From assembly GCA_964035575.1 (NCBI GenBank), contig OZ037835.1:2046001-2110000 (forward strand): a stretch of DNA of 64,000 bases, written 5' to 3'. Below the pieces are notes generated by a model, which saw nothing but the letters and a program-made list of their open reading frames with translations, was not told where the DNA came from and did not search any database. The translations under genes were made by a program, and so were the position numbers. Below are positions 1-12,186 of this stretch, in pieces (the first letter of the stretch is position 1; the number at the start of each line of letters is the position of its first letter). The DNA is from Rhynchopus sp. YZ270_cl-10 (taxonomy: Eukaryota).

Positions 1-291
1 GGAGTAGCCTACTAGCACGCGGCATACTGTGAGGACAAGAGCCCGTAGTTTCGGAGGTCCTTATAAAGGTTCACACTGGTGGGATTTGGCCTTTGGCGGT
101 CGTCACAAGGTTCAGGATTCCTCTTTCGTTCTGTATTTCTCTTTTGTTTGTGTACTTATCGTTACAAGGTTCAGGATTCCTCTTTCGTTCTGTATTTCTC
201 TTTTGTTTGTGTACTTGCCGTTTAGGTCGGCGGTCGGGTGGGGGGTATGTTTTGTTCGCGCAGCGTCCCTCAGGGTCCTTAGGGTCCTGGA

Positions 292-614
292 GGATGCGTT
301 CAATGAAATCATTTGTGTAGAAAAGTTTCGAGGATGTAGGTTTTATTATTTTTGCAGACAACAACGCAGTGTAACGCAGCGTAACGCAGTGTAACGGAGT
401 GGTTGTTAGGAAATAATACAAACTGTAAGGATCGGACCTTTTTGGAATCGAAGGATGAAATTTGTGTGTATAATTCGATAGTCTTGTATTTGTTTCCTCT
501 CTCTCTTTTCTCCCCAACCTCTGCTCCCCGACTCCAATTCAACCAACACTCACAGACGGGGCCAAAACAAACTCTGCGTTTCAAATAAATAATTAGAAAA
601 AAAAAAAAAAAAAA
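292..614 (+). repeat. ~320-bp poly(A)-ended dispersed repeat (SINE-like), copy 1
   Basis: Essentially identical to 1701-2026; ends AAATAAATAATTAG(A)n; no TSD found. Confidence 0.8.
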
Positions 615-1700
615 TGGTTGAAGCGAAATTCTTCTCCATTTTTTATTTTTACTTCTAGATGTGACTAGGCAAGTGAGGCTTGGGATCATCTTTCAATACT
701 TCTTCCTATTTTAGCGCACCTTTCGCCGCTTGAAGTCGTCCTGTGAGGTCTTAAGTTTACACATATTAGCGACTATTCTGTACTGTCGTCCTTATCCTTT
801 ATACTAGCAACCTGCGACCCTCGGGCGCATTGTTGTCTACAACAACTTCACATTACGTTGCAACTGTGTCTATCTTTTCTCGAGCACGGTTTGCAGCGCT
901 TAAGACTAACAGGTGCAGTCTGATAAACGAAAAGGTTACGAGTTGAGTTTAGTGCCATACGTCGCCCCGCAGCTTTGTCTTACTGTCATGACCATGCCTA
1001 TTAAAATCCTCCAAGGCAGACACAAGAGTAACGACAAAAGGTGCTTACCTCCGGTGTGAATACATCCTCTCAAATTTTTTCTGTCGACACGCCAGTGGAA
1101 TTAGCTGGGTGGCCATTCAGGAATGAGAAGTAGTATCCACCGTTTAAAGTGCGATCGAAATAATTTATTGTTACACTGGGCTTGATTTTTGATTACACAT
1201 CAACGCTCAGTGTTACCAGTGCAGGTCACTGTTGTACACTACATTACACCCTTAGGCCTTTTCTTTACTGGCAATAAGATAACCGCAGCTTTACAGCGCA
1301 ATTTTATATTTTTTTCGACGCACTTTAAGACTTTAATAACATATGAGGTGGCCTTTCCTCCGTCGACACCCACGCTGCACACGATGGCTGGGTGGCCATT
1401 CGGGGACGTGAGCCACTGTGCGGTCGGATGGCGTACTGATGTTGCTTTAAATTTATTGTAGTGCTCAGTGCGACCGAGTGGTGCACATTGGCAACATATA
1501 TTACACCGTTATGCCTATTCTTTCCTGGCAACTTAATACAGCTTACAGCACACAGTAACAGCTAAATGACGCACACCTCCCTGTAGTTAAAAGCTTTCCT
1601 TACTCTATGTCCTTCGGCCTTTGTGCTCTTGATAGTACGAGGTTAAGTACGGGATCGAGAGGGAATAAGCTACAGTTGTGTTGAATTGAATTGGAGCAGG

Positions 1701-2026
1701 GGATGCGTTCAATGAAATCATTTGTGTAGAAAAGTTTCGAGGATGTAGGTTTTATTATTTTTGCAGACAACAACGCAGTGTAACGCAGCGTAACGCAGTG
1801 TAACGGAGTGGTTGTTAGGAAATAATACAAACTGTAAGGATCGGACCTTTTTGGAATCGAAGGATGAAATTTGTGTGTATAATTCGATAGTCTTGTATTT
1901 GTTTCCTCTCTCTCTTTTCTCCCCAACCTCTGCTCCCCGACTCCAATTCAACCAACACTCACAGACGGGGCCAAAACAAACTCTGCGTTTCAAATAAATA
2001 ATTAGAAAAAAAAAAAAAAAAAAAAA
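1701..2026 (+). repeat. ~320-bp poly(A)-ended dispersed repeat (SINE-like), copy 2
   Basis: Direct repeat of 292-614, differing in A-tail length. Confidence 0.8.
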
Positions 2027-2360
2027 TGTGCTTCATTGCGAGGTGTCAACACGTCATCAACTTTTCAAAATGAAGAAGATGAAGATGACGATGAAAAAGA
2101 AGAGCTAGTTTTGGGCGGAGTCAGCCCGCTGACGAAGCGATGGGTCCTCTTTGTTTGTGGTACGTTTGTAGGTAGCACTACTGGCGCTGAGCCTCAAACA
2201 GGACGCGGCTGACTTCTGTGCGTCGTGGCTTCCTATTTATTTAGCCACAGCTGGCCGGGTGCCAGAGGGGGGTAGGAGACGCTGTTATGAAAGACGATCG
2301 TCCTACACATCCCCGCTTTCATCAGTTTCGGCTCATATTACTTTTGCTGCTGGCTAACGG

Positions 2361-2660
2361 TTGGAGCAGGTGACTGATCCGAAGAGGTTTGGCTTCAATA
2401 TGGTGACTGATGTATGCAATTATCCGAAGGTGGCTTGTTTGCTCCTGCAGGCAGGAGCTGCGACTGCGATTCCATCCTACTCCTTCTCGAGAACCACTGT
2501 GACGTTGCATTGTTATCAGTTACGCATCTGCTTTGGTTGTGATTGAAGACATGCCTCTGCACGGTGGACTTCGCTACACGGGGTTCTGCGCGCTGCACTA
2601 TGAAAGTGCAGACACATATGGAACAGGCATCAACTCTGTACTGGGGATTTGCTCCGCTGC
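2361..2660 (+). pseudogene. Decayed fragment of the Ubl-LRR (BspA-like) gene family
   Basis: NYPKVACLLLQAGAATAIP resembles KDPTVAKLFLQAEVVTAIP of 47137-49359; frame is broken downstream. Confidence 0.4.
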
Positions 2661-5600
2661 TCACGTTTGCCGATCGCATTGTGCGCCTTCGTCTCCGATG
2701 TATACGGGGGGTTAGGGTGTCCCTGAGGCCGAGATGCCTATGAGTGGCAGTGGGTGGTGTCTCTAGCAGATGGCAGCGGCATACAGTACCAAGAGAGGGC
2801 TTCCTAATGTCAGCATACGTCCTACGCCTCCCCTTCTGAGAGTGTCGTATGGTACGGTGTATTTAAAAACATTGCCGTCACATCTGACGGTCCACTGCAA
2901 AGGGACTGTCACCCTTCCGTTGCAGCAGAGATGCGCACCCAGTCCTGTCGTCACAGATGAGCACGATACGGCCTTCGCTGCTTGTCGTGTTTCCAGATGG
3001 AGGGTTCTCGGGGTAGTCGGCATCGTTTTCTTCGCCCAGACAAATCAACGAGCTAGCCATCGATGAACGGCTCTGGGGAAGTCTTAGTGGTCCCCGTCCC
3101 AGGCGTTTAGCTCTGATCATTGAACGTCTCATCGGGTTCGACGCAAACGCGCGTACGGTGAAACGCATCGTCGCTGATCTGCGTCATCTCCACAAGGTTT
3201 CCCGAGGCGTGCGTGTTAAGCAGCGCCGCGTGCTTCGTGTTTCCAGCTAAGATAGTGCCGATGTTGTCAGACGGTACTGCACCTCCCTTGGGAAATTTCC
3301 CGTCCTTTAAGAGGACACTGAATACGGTTATTTTTCGCCCGTTGCAGCATCGGTCTTTCGAACTCAGTCGTCTTCCCTTGCGCGACAGTGAAGTCTTCAG
3401 TGTCCACCGAGTTGCTTGTGCCGCAGAGGGAGGAGTTGTCGACTACACCTGAACGAGAGCCGCCGAAGGGGGGTCGTCCGCAGTGCGGTGGTGCAAACAG
3501 AATCCTGCGTGGGCAGGCCACTCTCTCGAGCACTTATCTGTGTTTTGAGGAACTGTGTCTAACCCTGACGGTGGCGAAGACGATCTTTATGTTTCCAGCC
3601 ATCCTGGCCTCTGTATCGTAGCATAGCACGAGGCCGTTCTGTACGTGTCCTGCGTGGTGCTTCAGTGGAGGCTTCTCCGTTTTGGACTGGCTTGTCGACG
3701 GCACGTTTAGCGTCAATGGGGCTGAGGACTTTCTGTGCTCTTCACAGCGGTTCTTTTGTACGCATTGCTTGCAACGTTTATTCGGGAACGAGATGGTGAT
3801 CGTTTTTGTTGGGGTGTGCAGACCAGGCCGCCTCAGTACTGCCCACCACCGTGATGTGTACCTCTCAGGGGTTCCCCGATACACCTAATGATGTGCAGAC
3901 TCAGTGCAAAATCTGCGGCGTAACGACGTTGTTTTTCACCCCCATCTGGGTTGAAGCGTCTCAGGAGCAGGACACCAGATACCTTCAGGTTACCAACACC
4001 TTTTTTACAGTCCGAGGGCAGAGCCGATCTGTACTTTATGCTGCCGCAGCTCTCATGTATTCATCTGTTCAGCGGTGGCATGCTGTGCAACCGCATCTGT
4101 TTCAGTGATGCGTGCGAGCTCGCGGTAGTGTCGCAGAGTTGCGATAATGACACATGGTTCCCCGGTATTCGAGGACTAGGTTCACGTTTGGGGTTCCGTC
4201 ATGTTTGTTTCATACTTGTATATTATATCAATGTCATTTTAACAGAAGAGACTTTAGTTCATATCATCATATTTAATATTTTTTACAGTTCAAAGGCCTC
4301 CTCATTGTCGGACGCTAGTGACAGGCGTAAGGGTGACTTGAGTGCCTTCAATCATTGTATTGTACTTGTTTCACATGTGGTCCCCTATCACACACAGGGA
4401 GCATCTATTGGTGGTTGGAGCGCTGTTGTCTTCCTCTGATCCATTGGCGCACCCGGACTTATAGTTGTGTGGGACTTATACTTGTGGAGGCCTGCGCAAA
4501 ATGTTGCTCCGCGTTAAGGTGGCTAAGCACGAGAGGTTTAGGGTCATTTTATACACTCTTCTTTCTTGTGCTGCCGGGCTGGAGCACAGCTGGTGCGTCT
4601 TTTGTATCCCACGTTGGCGGCCGGTGAGCGCGCTGTTCCAGACTATTTTACATACAGTTCACTACTCTCTGATGCGTTTTATTCCCTTATTACTCTAACC
4701 ACTCCCCACCACAGGAGAAGCGTCGCGACCCCTCCGAGCCATACTACATATTTACCGACGTCTACGATTTCTCTAGCCTATCGGGCCCAGAGCCTCTGGC
4801 CTGTGGTCTCGTGCACTGGATCGTCGGGCCGACCTCTCTGAGTGGGGGAATGGTCGTTACAGCAAGAACAGTGATTCTGGACAATAAGAGCGAAATAGGG
4901 TAAAGCAGTGTGACACGAGTTTGGGAATATGCAGGTCACCGCTAGCTCAGAGACAAATGCAACGCTGCACGTAGAAGTGCAGTTTTATTTTCCATGAGTG
5001 GAACTGTGCTATTGGGTGGACCCGTCTCCAACGCGCACTGTTGCTACCTATTTAGTGCACAATTATGGCAAAGCTGCGGATGCACATTTATCTCTCATTT
5101 ACGGCCGGTTCCTTTACAGTGATACCGGGGTGGCATGTCCATGTCAAGAGGGAGCACCGTTCGCTAGTTACGTCTCACTGCTTGGTTCTGTGAAAGAGTA
5201 AACTGACGCAGGAGAATCCACTGGTCAGGTAAAACCTTTTCCTACATCGTTTTTTGCTATTCTTCCCCTCTTATCTCTCTGCTTTCATCTTTTCTAAAAA
5301 TTCCTGGTCGTGATAGTTCGCGAACTCCCCTGCAGTCAGGTCAACGCAGGGTACGAATAATTAACGATATAATTCAATATTTGGATAGTTCAGTGACTTC
5401 ACAGACCCGACACCATTGATGTGTCTCAACCAAAACTTAATAAGTAAAGAGCTTTTCTTGAAGAGAGGAAAGATAACACATTACATACTGTGGCCAATGT
5501 TGCCTATTAATTCGCTCTGGCACTTCGCACCGTTTCAAGCTGTACGTCTCACTGCTGAGGCCCACAGTGGTGTCTATTCGTGCTGGTCGCTCTCAGTGAC

Positions 5601-6436
5601 TCTGTTATAGCCTGGTTATTCACAGTAGCAACCTTTGGTGCACTGTTACTATTTGCCTCTCATCACCGTGCCGGTACTCTTGTCGGAGTAGCCTACTAGC
5701 ACGCGGCATACAGTACAGGCTCATAGCACACAACTCCGTAGTGAAGCTTTCCCGCTCTCTGTTCATCGTACATAGGAAGCCTTTCGTAGCAAGGGTTGAT
5801 TTACGGAGACGGGAGAGACTACGACTTACGAATCCTGTTGACGCCAAATGGGCTTCGGCTCCCGGTGGTTAAAAAGGCGGACTCTTCCCGAGATGTGAGG
5901 ACAAGAGCCCGTAGTTTCGGAGGTCCTTATAAATGGTTCACACTGGTGGGATTTGGCCTTTGCCCGAACCATCCGAACCATCAACCCATCAACCCTCAAG
6001 AGAGTGTGTGTGTCATTTCCATGTAACAGACGAGTCCTTCGCCACCCTTCTAGGACGTCCGTGCCCTCTTCTGTGGGAGTGTTTCAGCGAGATTTTTCGC
6101 GTGTTGATTGCCCACGTCTCCTTCAGTTGTTCGTAGCTCCCTGGCCTCAGGATGTTGACACAATTTGCAATTGCAAATTTTTTTGTTTCGTTATTTCCGT
6201 TGTTGCACACAGCGTGTAAAGTGGTGATCGTGCGGTGGGGAGGAGTGTTCACCTTTTCAATCTCTTCCCGTTTTTCCGTTCGCGATTATGTACCCCCGTT
6301 TTTAGACTTAACAGAGTGTGCATGTTTCCATCGTACAAACTGCAACAATACACACTCGATTGAAGCTCCCTTATATCTGCTCTGTTCGTACCCACACGAC
6401 ACACCACCCAACAGTTCTCACCCCGTTTCCCACACG

Positions 6437-9061
6437 ATGGCGACATGCAGCATCCAGTTGCTGACAGTGCTGTTGTGTGTGGCGCTGATTCTGTCGACAG
6501 GTGCGATCATCGGTGGCTTCACGTTGACAACATGGGACGACCTTCTGGAGAAGGCACGTGACACAGGTGACGAGGGCTTTGGGATGTGTCTCGACAGTGG
6601 TACGGCGGACATCGAAACCGTCTCGGGACGCTACCTGCGGTCCGTCCTTGGCAGTGTGGACGCTGCAGTGAAGGAGTACTTGCAGGTGCCTGAGCAGCTT
6701 CTCACGACACTTGCAAACCTTGCGCAGGCTCACCACCCAGATGTCAGCACCTCTCCTGCCTTTAGCACCACAACCATGTTTCCCGCCATCGCGTCAGCTT
6801 TCAGAGCTGTGAAGTCTTCTGGCGTGGACCTAATGAAACATGAGACGTACCCTTGGTGTAATGCGCACCCGATTCCGTGGAGTCGCGACATGAATAGCAC
6901 GTTCTCAGGATGGGGGTCACGCACAGCTCTCTGGCTGGCAGACCACACTTCAGGTGTGATGGACCCAAACGCCCCAGCGCCTCTGCTGATGTTGGACGTT
7001 GGAGACCCGTTCACGTTTCAGGGGGGCTTGGGACATTATGGTCTAATGACTGAAGCGAACAACCTAGGTGCGCCCAGAGACGTGACGCTTCCGTGCAACT
7101 ACTTCCCAAACTATACTAAGGGCGAATCCAGGGGCATGTGTTTCTTTCCTATGTACCTATTTGAGACGCCACCACTAATGGAACAACGTGGAAGACAACT
7201 GCACAACATGCATGACGGTGATCCACCTCTCTATCCTGCCGACGAGCTTGTGTACTCACACATGAGCGTTAGTTGGGATTATATATCCTGGGAGCTGAGC
7301 TACACCTACACCCACCCAGAGATGTACACGATGTACCCCAAGCAGGGGAAACGTGTTGGCTACGTCAGTGCAACTGTGACGGCAACTGGAGTCACAGAAG
7401 CAGTCAAGAACCAGCTGCTTCCCACTGACACATCACTCTACATCGTTGAGGAAGACGTGCGGACACAGTCAGTTGGGTTGGTTGTGGCGTACAACAAAGG
7501 ACGTCATGTCACACAGGTGTCCACGTACTTCCCTCCTCCGCTTGGAAGCACAATTGACATTGCTTCAACCATCAACATAACGAACCACTCAATGGAAGAC
7601 GCGACGTCGCACATCCCCTCAGTGATTGCAGAGCACGGGCGGTTTGTGTTCACACACCCGCGGAACTACAGAGACCTTGTGGAGAAGACAGAGGACTCCT
7701 TCGTGAAGTGGTCTGACTCGAACAGCTCGGAGTACTGGACAATGACGTCAGAAATCAAACACAGAACGATCTTGTGGTACGCGAACCTTCTTGTGCCGAG
7801 AGAGTCTGTGATGGAGACGATTGATGCGTCGACGAATGCAATACGTGCGAAGGTAGCATCAGATCTGTCCTCTGCAGACGCACAGAAGGAGGATGCGGTG
7901 ATTGTGATGGTGGTTGTCACGGTCATTGCGATCACGGGACTCCTGGTCATTGCTGTTGTGTTCACACGCTACATCACGTCCCCTCTGCTGAAGCTTGGGA
8001 GTGAGATGGCAAGTGTGGCTGTGATGGACCTGGAGGCTGTGAACACGGGCCGTGCAGTGTCGCAGCTGAGTGAAGTGGGGATGATGCAGCGCAGCTTTGT
8101 TACCATGGTGGCGAACCTGGTGGAGTACCGGAACTACATGCCGCAGAGTGTGCTTGTCAACGACAGTGAACAGAGCGAAGAAGTCTCTGTCACAGAGTCG
8201 GCCACACGGGACACCAAGTCTCAGTCTGCCTTGTCGCAGCAATCGCGCGCGCAAAGCTCCGCAGAGGTGATGCAGACACAGAAGGCACTGCTGCGTGTGG
8301 AGGGTCTGAAGAAGAAGAAGGTGTCGCTGGCACACATGAACGTCGTGTCGTGGCATGACTTCTGCAAGAACCGCAAAGATGCAGAAGTTCTCGCTGCACA
8401 CGGTGGTGTGATGGAGAGGATCCTGGCAGCAGTGCAGCACAACAAGGGTGTGTGCGACACGTTTGCAGGGGACAAGATGCTTGCCACCTTCAACGCTTTT
8501 GTTCCGAGCGCGTCACATCGTGTTGCCTGTGTGAAGGCTGCACACGAAGCAGCAACAGAACTTGGTGGTGTGCACAAGATCTCGTATGGGTGCACGACAG
8601 GCGAGGCACGTGTCGGGAACATGGGTTGCAACGGGATGAAGAAGGTGTCAATTCTTGCACAGTGCATGTCGTGGGTGGTTGTGCTTGAGCGTTGGAACAA
8701 GAAGCACAACCTGCCTGGTGTGGTTGACTGTATTCTGTCGCGTGAGCTGGAGGGACAGGTGGTACTGCGTTGTGCAGGTGCGATGCTGTTCACAAAGTTG
8801 AATGACAAGACACAGGTTGTGTACGCTGTGAAGGGTTTGTGCAGTGTAGCGAACGAGGAGTGGATGTACCAGCTGGAGTCGGCAGCAAACAACCCTCATG
8901 CGCTGTGGACGGATGCTTTTGAGCACATCATCAAACAGGACTTTGGGCAGGCTTCTGCTCTGCTTGAGGGTGTGGCTGCTGACCAACGTGGGCAGTACGA
9001 AGAGCTCATCACGTACGTGCAGGAGAAGGCCTACGTACCAGAGGTTGTGGACATGCACTAG
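6437..9061 (+). CDS. Receptor-type class III adenylate/guanylate cyclase-like membrane protein (TM, extracellular sensor, TM, HAMP-like linker, degenerate cyclase domain)
   Basis: ATG at 6437 is in frame with ORF 6152-9061; two hydrophobic helices; ITSPLLKLGSEM..EVGMMQRSF HAMP-like segment; GVCDTFAGDKMLATFN and YGCTTGEARVGNMG cyclase motifs. Confidence 0.85.
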   Translation: MATCSIQLLTVLLCVALILSTGAIIGGFTLTTWDDLLEKARDTGDEGFGMCLDSGTADIETVSGRYLRSVLGSVDAAVKEYLQVPEQLLTTLANLAQAHHPDVSTSPAFSTTTMFPAIASAFRAVKSSGVDLMKHETYPWCNAHPIPWSRDMNSTFSGWGSRTALWLADHTSGVMDPNAPAPLLMLDVGDPFTFQGGLGHYGLMTEANNLGAPRDVTLPCNYFPNYTKGESRGMCFFPMYLFETPPLMEQRGRQLHNMHDGDPPLYPADELVYSHMSVSWDYISWELSYTYTHPEMYTMYPKQGKRVGYVSATVTATGVTEAVKNQLLPTDTSLYIVEEDVRTQSVGLVVAYNKGRHVTQVSTYFPPPLGSTIDIASTINITNHSMEDATSHIPSVIAEHGRFVFTHPRNYRDLVEKTEDSFVKWSDSNSSEYWTMTSEIKHRTILWYANLLVPRESVMETIDASTNAIRAKVASDLSSADAQKEDAVIVMVVVTVIAITGLLVIAVVFTRYITSPLLKLGSEMASVAVMDLEAVNTGRAVSQLSEVGMMQRSFVTMVANLVEYRNYMPQSVLVNDSEQSEEVSVTESATRDTKSQSALSQQSRAQSSAEVMQTQKALLRVEGLKKKKVSLAHMNVVSWHDFCKNRKDAEVLAAHGGVMERILAAVQHNKGVCDTFAGDKMLATFNAFVPSASHRVACVKAAHEAATELGGVHKISYGCTTGEARVGNMGCNGMKKVSILAQCMSWVVVLERWNKKHNLPGVVDCILSRELEGQVVLRCAGAMLFTKLNDKTQVVYAVKGLCSVANEEWMYQLESAANNPHALWTDAFEHIIKQDFGQASALLEGVAADQRGQYEELITYVQEKAYVPEVVDMH

Positions 9062-9402
9062 CCGGGTGCATCATCCGGCAATGCTCGTTAGCACAACTGG
9101 TCGCGCGTACTGGCATGTCTGTTGATCCTAAGCTGGCATGTACGGCTCACGCGCGACCCAAACACGAACAATATCATTTACTTCTTACTAGTGGTGTTTA
9201 CACGCCTCTTGAAACAGCGCTTCTAGCGAAGTGCGCCTTCAGTTGTCGCTTAGTAGGTTTACTTTGTTCTCGGAACGTTTTTTAAATCTGGGAGGACTTT
9301 TTTATCTTACCTGAATGTCTGGATTTCCCTTTCTCAATGTGCGTACTTTATACGAAATTAGGTGCATATTTTTTTGCTAACGAGTGGTGTTTCCACGCCA
9401 CT

Positions 9403-9940
9403 CGGAACCCAGAAACGTCCATTCGAGCAATTTTTTTTTGGTTTTGACACACCCTGTGCCCGCCAGGCATAGTCTGTACAAAGTGATTTTTACCTGGATT
9501 TTTGCCTGTATTTTCCTTAAGGAAAATACACAGGGAATTATCTTACGCTCCGTCCCAAATTTTTGTCCACACATACGATAAAGTAATAGTTACTCCACTA
9601 AATAAATCGAGCAAAAATATGGTGAACTCAGCGGAGCCCGGTTTTAAAAGTGCCAAAAACGACCTTTTCGTTTTGACGCATTGTGACTTCCTCAAATGCA
9701 CTTTTCAAGGGTAAAAAATTCGGGTTTTCTAAGCACAACCAGTGTTAAGTCAAAAAATTTCGCGAAAAAAAAATAGATTTTTTTTGACTCTAGATGCCGG
9801 AACCCAGAAACGTCCATTCGAGCAATTTTTTTTTGGTTTTGACACACCCTGTGCCCGCCAGGCATAGTCTGTACAAAGTGATTTTTACCTGGATTTTTGC
9901 CTGTATTTTCCTTAAGGAAAATACACAGGGAATTATCTTA
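9403..9940. repeat. ~143-bp direct repeat pair (9403-9545, 9798-9940), each containing the 24-bp palindrome TGTATTTTCCTTAAGGAAAATACA
   Basis: Direct sequence comparison. Confidence 0.85.
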
Positions 9941-10094
9941 AATAAACGTGTTTGTGACAGCTTTTTTACGTGAATATTCCCCCACCCCCCCACCTAGGCA
10001 TGCATGGTCCCCCCCCACCCCCTCCAGCTGTTGTCATATTCCTTATAAGGAATCACGCAAACACTTACAACACACGACAGACAAGACTACTACA

Positions 10095-10865
10095 ATGCTC
10101 CACGCTGCTCTTGCTGCCGCCACTCTGGCCACTGCGCCGCCTCAGTGGATGGTCGACGCCGACACACAGTTTGGCCTGCGCTACAATGCCGCCAACTTCA
10201 CAGGCGTGCAGGACTTCTACAACCCCGGTGCCGAGCTCATCCCTCCCACCGCCGACACCTTCCTCCTGGGAAACACGCTGGCCTCCTTCTTCGAGGCTTC
10301 CTACAAGGCAGGTCTCCGCGACGTGTCGATGACTCCCAAACACGTTCTTCAGGAGAGCGACTCGCTCTGGCACGAGCTGGGTGAGGTGAAGGACAGCACA
10401 GGGTCCGGCATGTACTACGTGCGTTGGATTAACCCGACAGGGTCGCAGTGGCAGATCGCGTTTGACTGTATGAGTGTGGGTGCGCAGGACGCAGCACGCA
10501 GGAGGGATGCAGTTGAGGTGGACACGCCGACCCCGCAGTGGATGAATGAGTCGGTGCACCACATTACCGATGCGCTGAACAAACACAACTACACCGGTGC
10601 AGCGAGCTTCTACAACCCGGGTGCGCAGTTCGTTCCTGGCTCTGCAGACGCCTTCCTGCTCCAGCCCCAACTCGCAGACTTCTTCGCAGCACAGCACTGG
10701 GGGCACATCGAAGTGCGTGTCGTGCTTGCGTACCAGGAGGCGGACACCCTCTGGCACTGCATCGGTGAGTCGAAGGTGGACGGGCAGAAGCCAACACGCT
10801 GGTACATCAGGTGGGTACGCCCGGCGGATGTCTGGCAGATTGCCTTTGAGCTTGCGTACATTTAA
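10095..10865 (+). CDS. Secreted protein with two tandem NTF2/SnoaL-like (DUF4440-like) domains
   Basis: ACAATG start; signal-like MLHAALAAATLATA; two ~120-aa repeats (YN..N..G...FYNPGA..P ... YY/WYxRW ... WQIAF); GC-rich coding bias. Confidence 0.75.
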   Translation: MLHAALAAATLATAPPQWMVDADTQFGLRYNAANFTGVQDFYNPGAELIPPTADTFLLGNTLASFFEASYKAGLRDVSMTPKHVLQESDSLWHELGEVKDSTGSGMYYVRWINPTGSQWQIAFDCMSVGAQDAARRRDAVEVDTPTPQWMNESVHHITDALNKHNYTGAASFYNPGAQFVPGSADAFLLQPQLADFFAAQHWGHIEVRVVLAYQEADTLWHCIGESKVDGQKPTRWYIRWVRPADVWQIAFELAYI

Positions 10866-12186
10866 AGTATTTATAACTGTGATGTTACTCATGTAGCTGA
10901 TAAAATAGTACAAAAAAAAAAGTGCTAAAATTTACATTATTTTCGGCGAACAAATGTTTTTATTGTGATGCAATGCTAAAAAGGAAATTGAACACCGTAC
11001 CCATGTCTTCCTTTTTTTTTTTTATTCTGGCAGGTTGGAGCAGAGCCACGTTTAACCGACAGGTTGAGGTGTGTGTGTTTCACCACAACCTCTCCCTTTT
11101 GTCTTTATTGTTTTATTGTTTGCGGGGTTCGATGGAGCAACACAGAAAGGTAGGAGTGGGTTCGATTGGGTGTTCAATTTCCCATATAGCAGCTAAGCTG
11201 TTTCATTTTTTTTCAGTTTTGTTTTTCCCCCAAACGGTGTTGTTCTATTTCACGACGCGTGGAGTGCTCATGTGAGAGAGTTGTGATTTCAGACAAAACA
11301 CTTAAACGTCCTTTTTTGTAAGTAACAGAGTGCTTGTGAACATTGCATACTATGCATATTATTTCAAACTAAAAAATCAATTTAAAAACACAAATAATTT
11401 TTTTGGCCTTTCTTAAGAGTGTGACACATTAAGTGCCCCACGCAACAACATAACCGAACGGAGGAAAGGACACACTCCTGACAACTCATACCTATCGACC
11501 CTCCTTTTTTATCTTTCAAAAAGATGGCTACTTTCCAAGACTTAGTCATCATCGTTGCTAACGTTTGCTTTTCCCCCCCTCCCCTCGACCCCACCCCACC
11601 CCACCCCTTTGTTATTTGGCGAAAAGCTCTTCCCAACTTCATACACCTTACTACTAAAGAAGAGCAGAGCTCAAATACCCTTGATGAGGTTCCTTCCTGA
11701 TGAGATGATGAGAGGAGGGGAAAGTGTGATGTGTTGTTTCCTGTTCGTTGTATCTGTTTTTTTTGCCAAAAAAAAGTATTTTTTTCAAAAATGTAAAGGT
11801 AAAAGATAAAAGGGGAGGGAAGAGGAGAGAGGAGAGTGTTTTTGGTGCAAACTGCGCATGACATGTGGGTATACCAACGAAACAACACGGCGGAATGGAG
11901 GGGGGTTTTCCCCCCCCTTCACACGAAGTGTGTTTAGAAACCAAAAATAAAGCGAATTTGACCTAACGCCTTTCCTTTTTACATCATTTTTTCACTTTGC
12001 GCCACATCAGGATTTCTCCTTTTGGGCTGCGTTCAACAATAAATCTTCTTTTCCTTTTTATCAAATCAAGATCAGTTTGATAAAATTTTCTCGGTGCATC
12101 AGTCATGGCACCAAGGTACACTGTCATGAGAACTTCACTTCATCCTCATCCTAATCCTACTGCTCTCAGGAGAACTAAAGGTCATA

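Noticed and set aside
1..96. Match to 5685-5711 and 5894-5962
   Set aside because: Only an internally deleted copy of a dispersed repeat cut by the window edge; no further structure can be supported
2700..5600. Many short ORFs with coding-like composition (also 17900-18500, 34263-34720, 53880-54600)
   Set aside because: No recognisable motifs and frequent stops; possibly decayed genes or TEs but not assignable by eye
6152..6436. N-terminal extension of the cyclase ORF (likewise upstream extensions at 9948, 34996, 37742, 59842, 61562)
   Set aside because: Mostly non-ATG starts in low-complexity, UTR-like sequence; downstream ATGs precede the signal or domain starts
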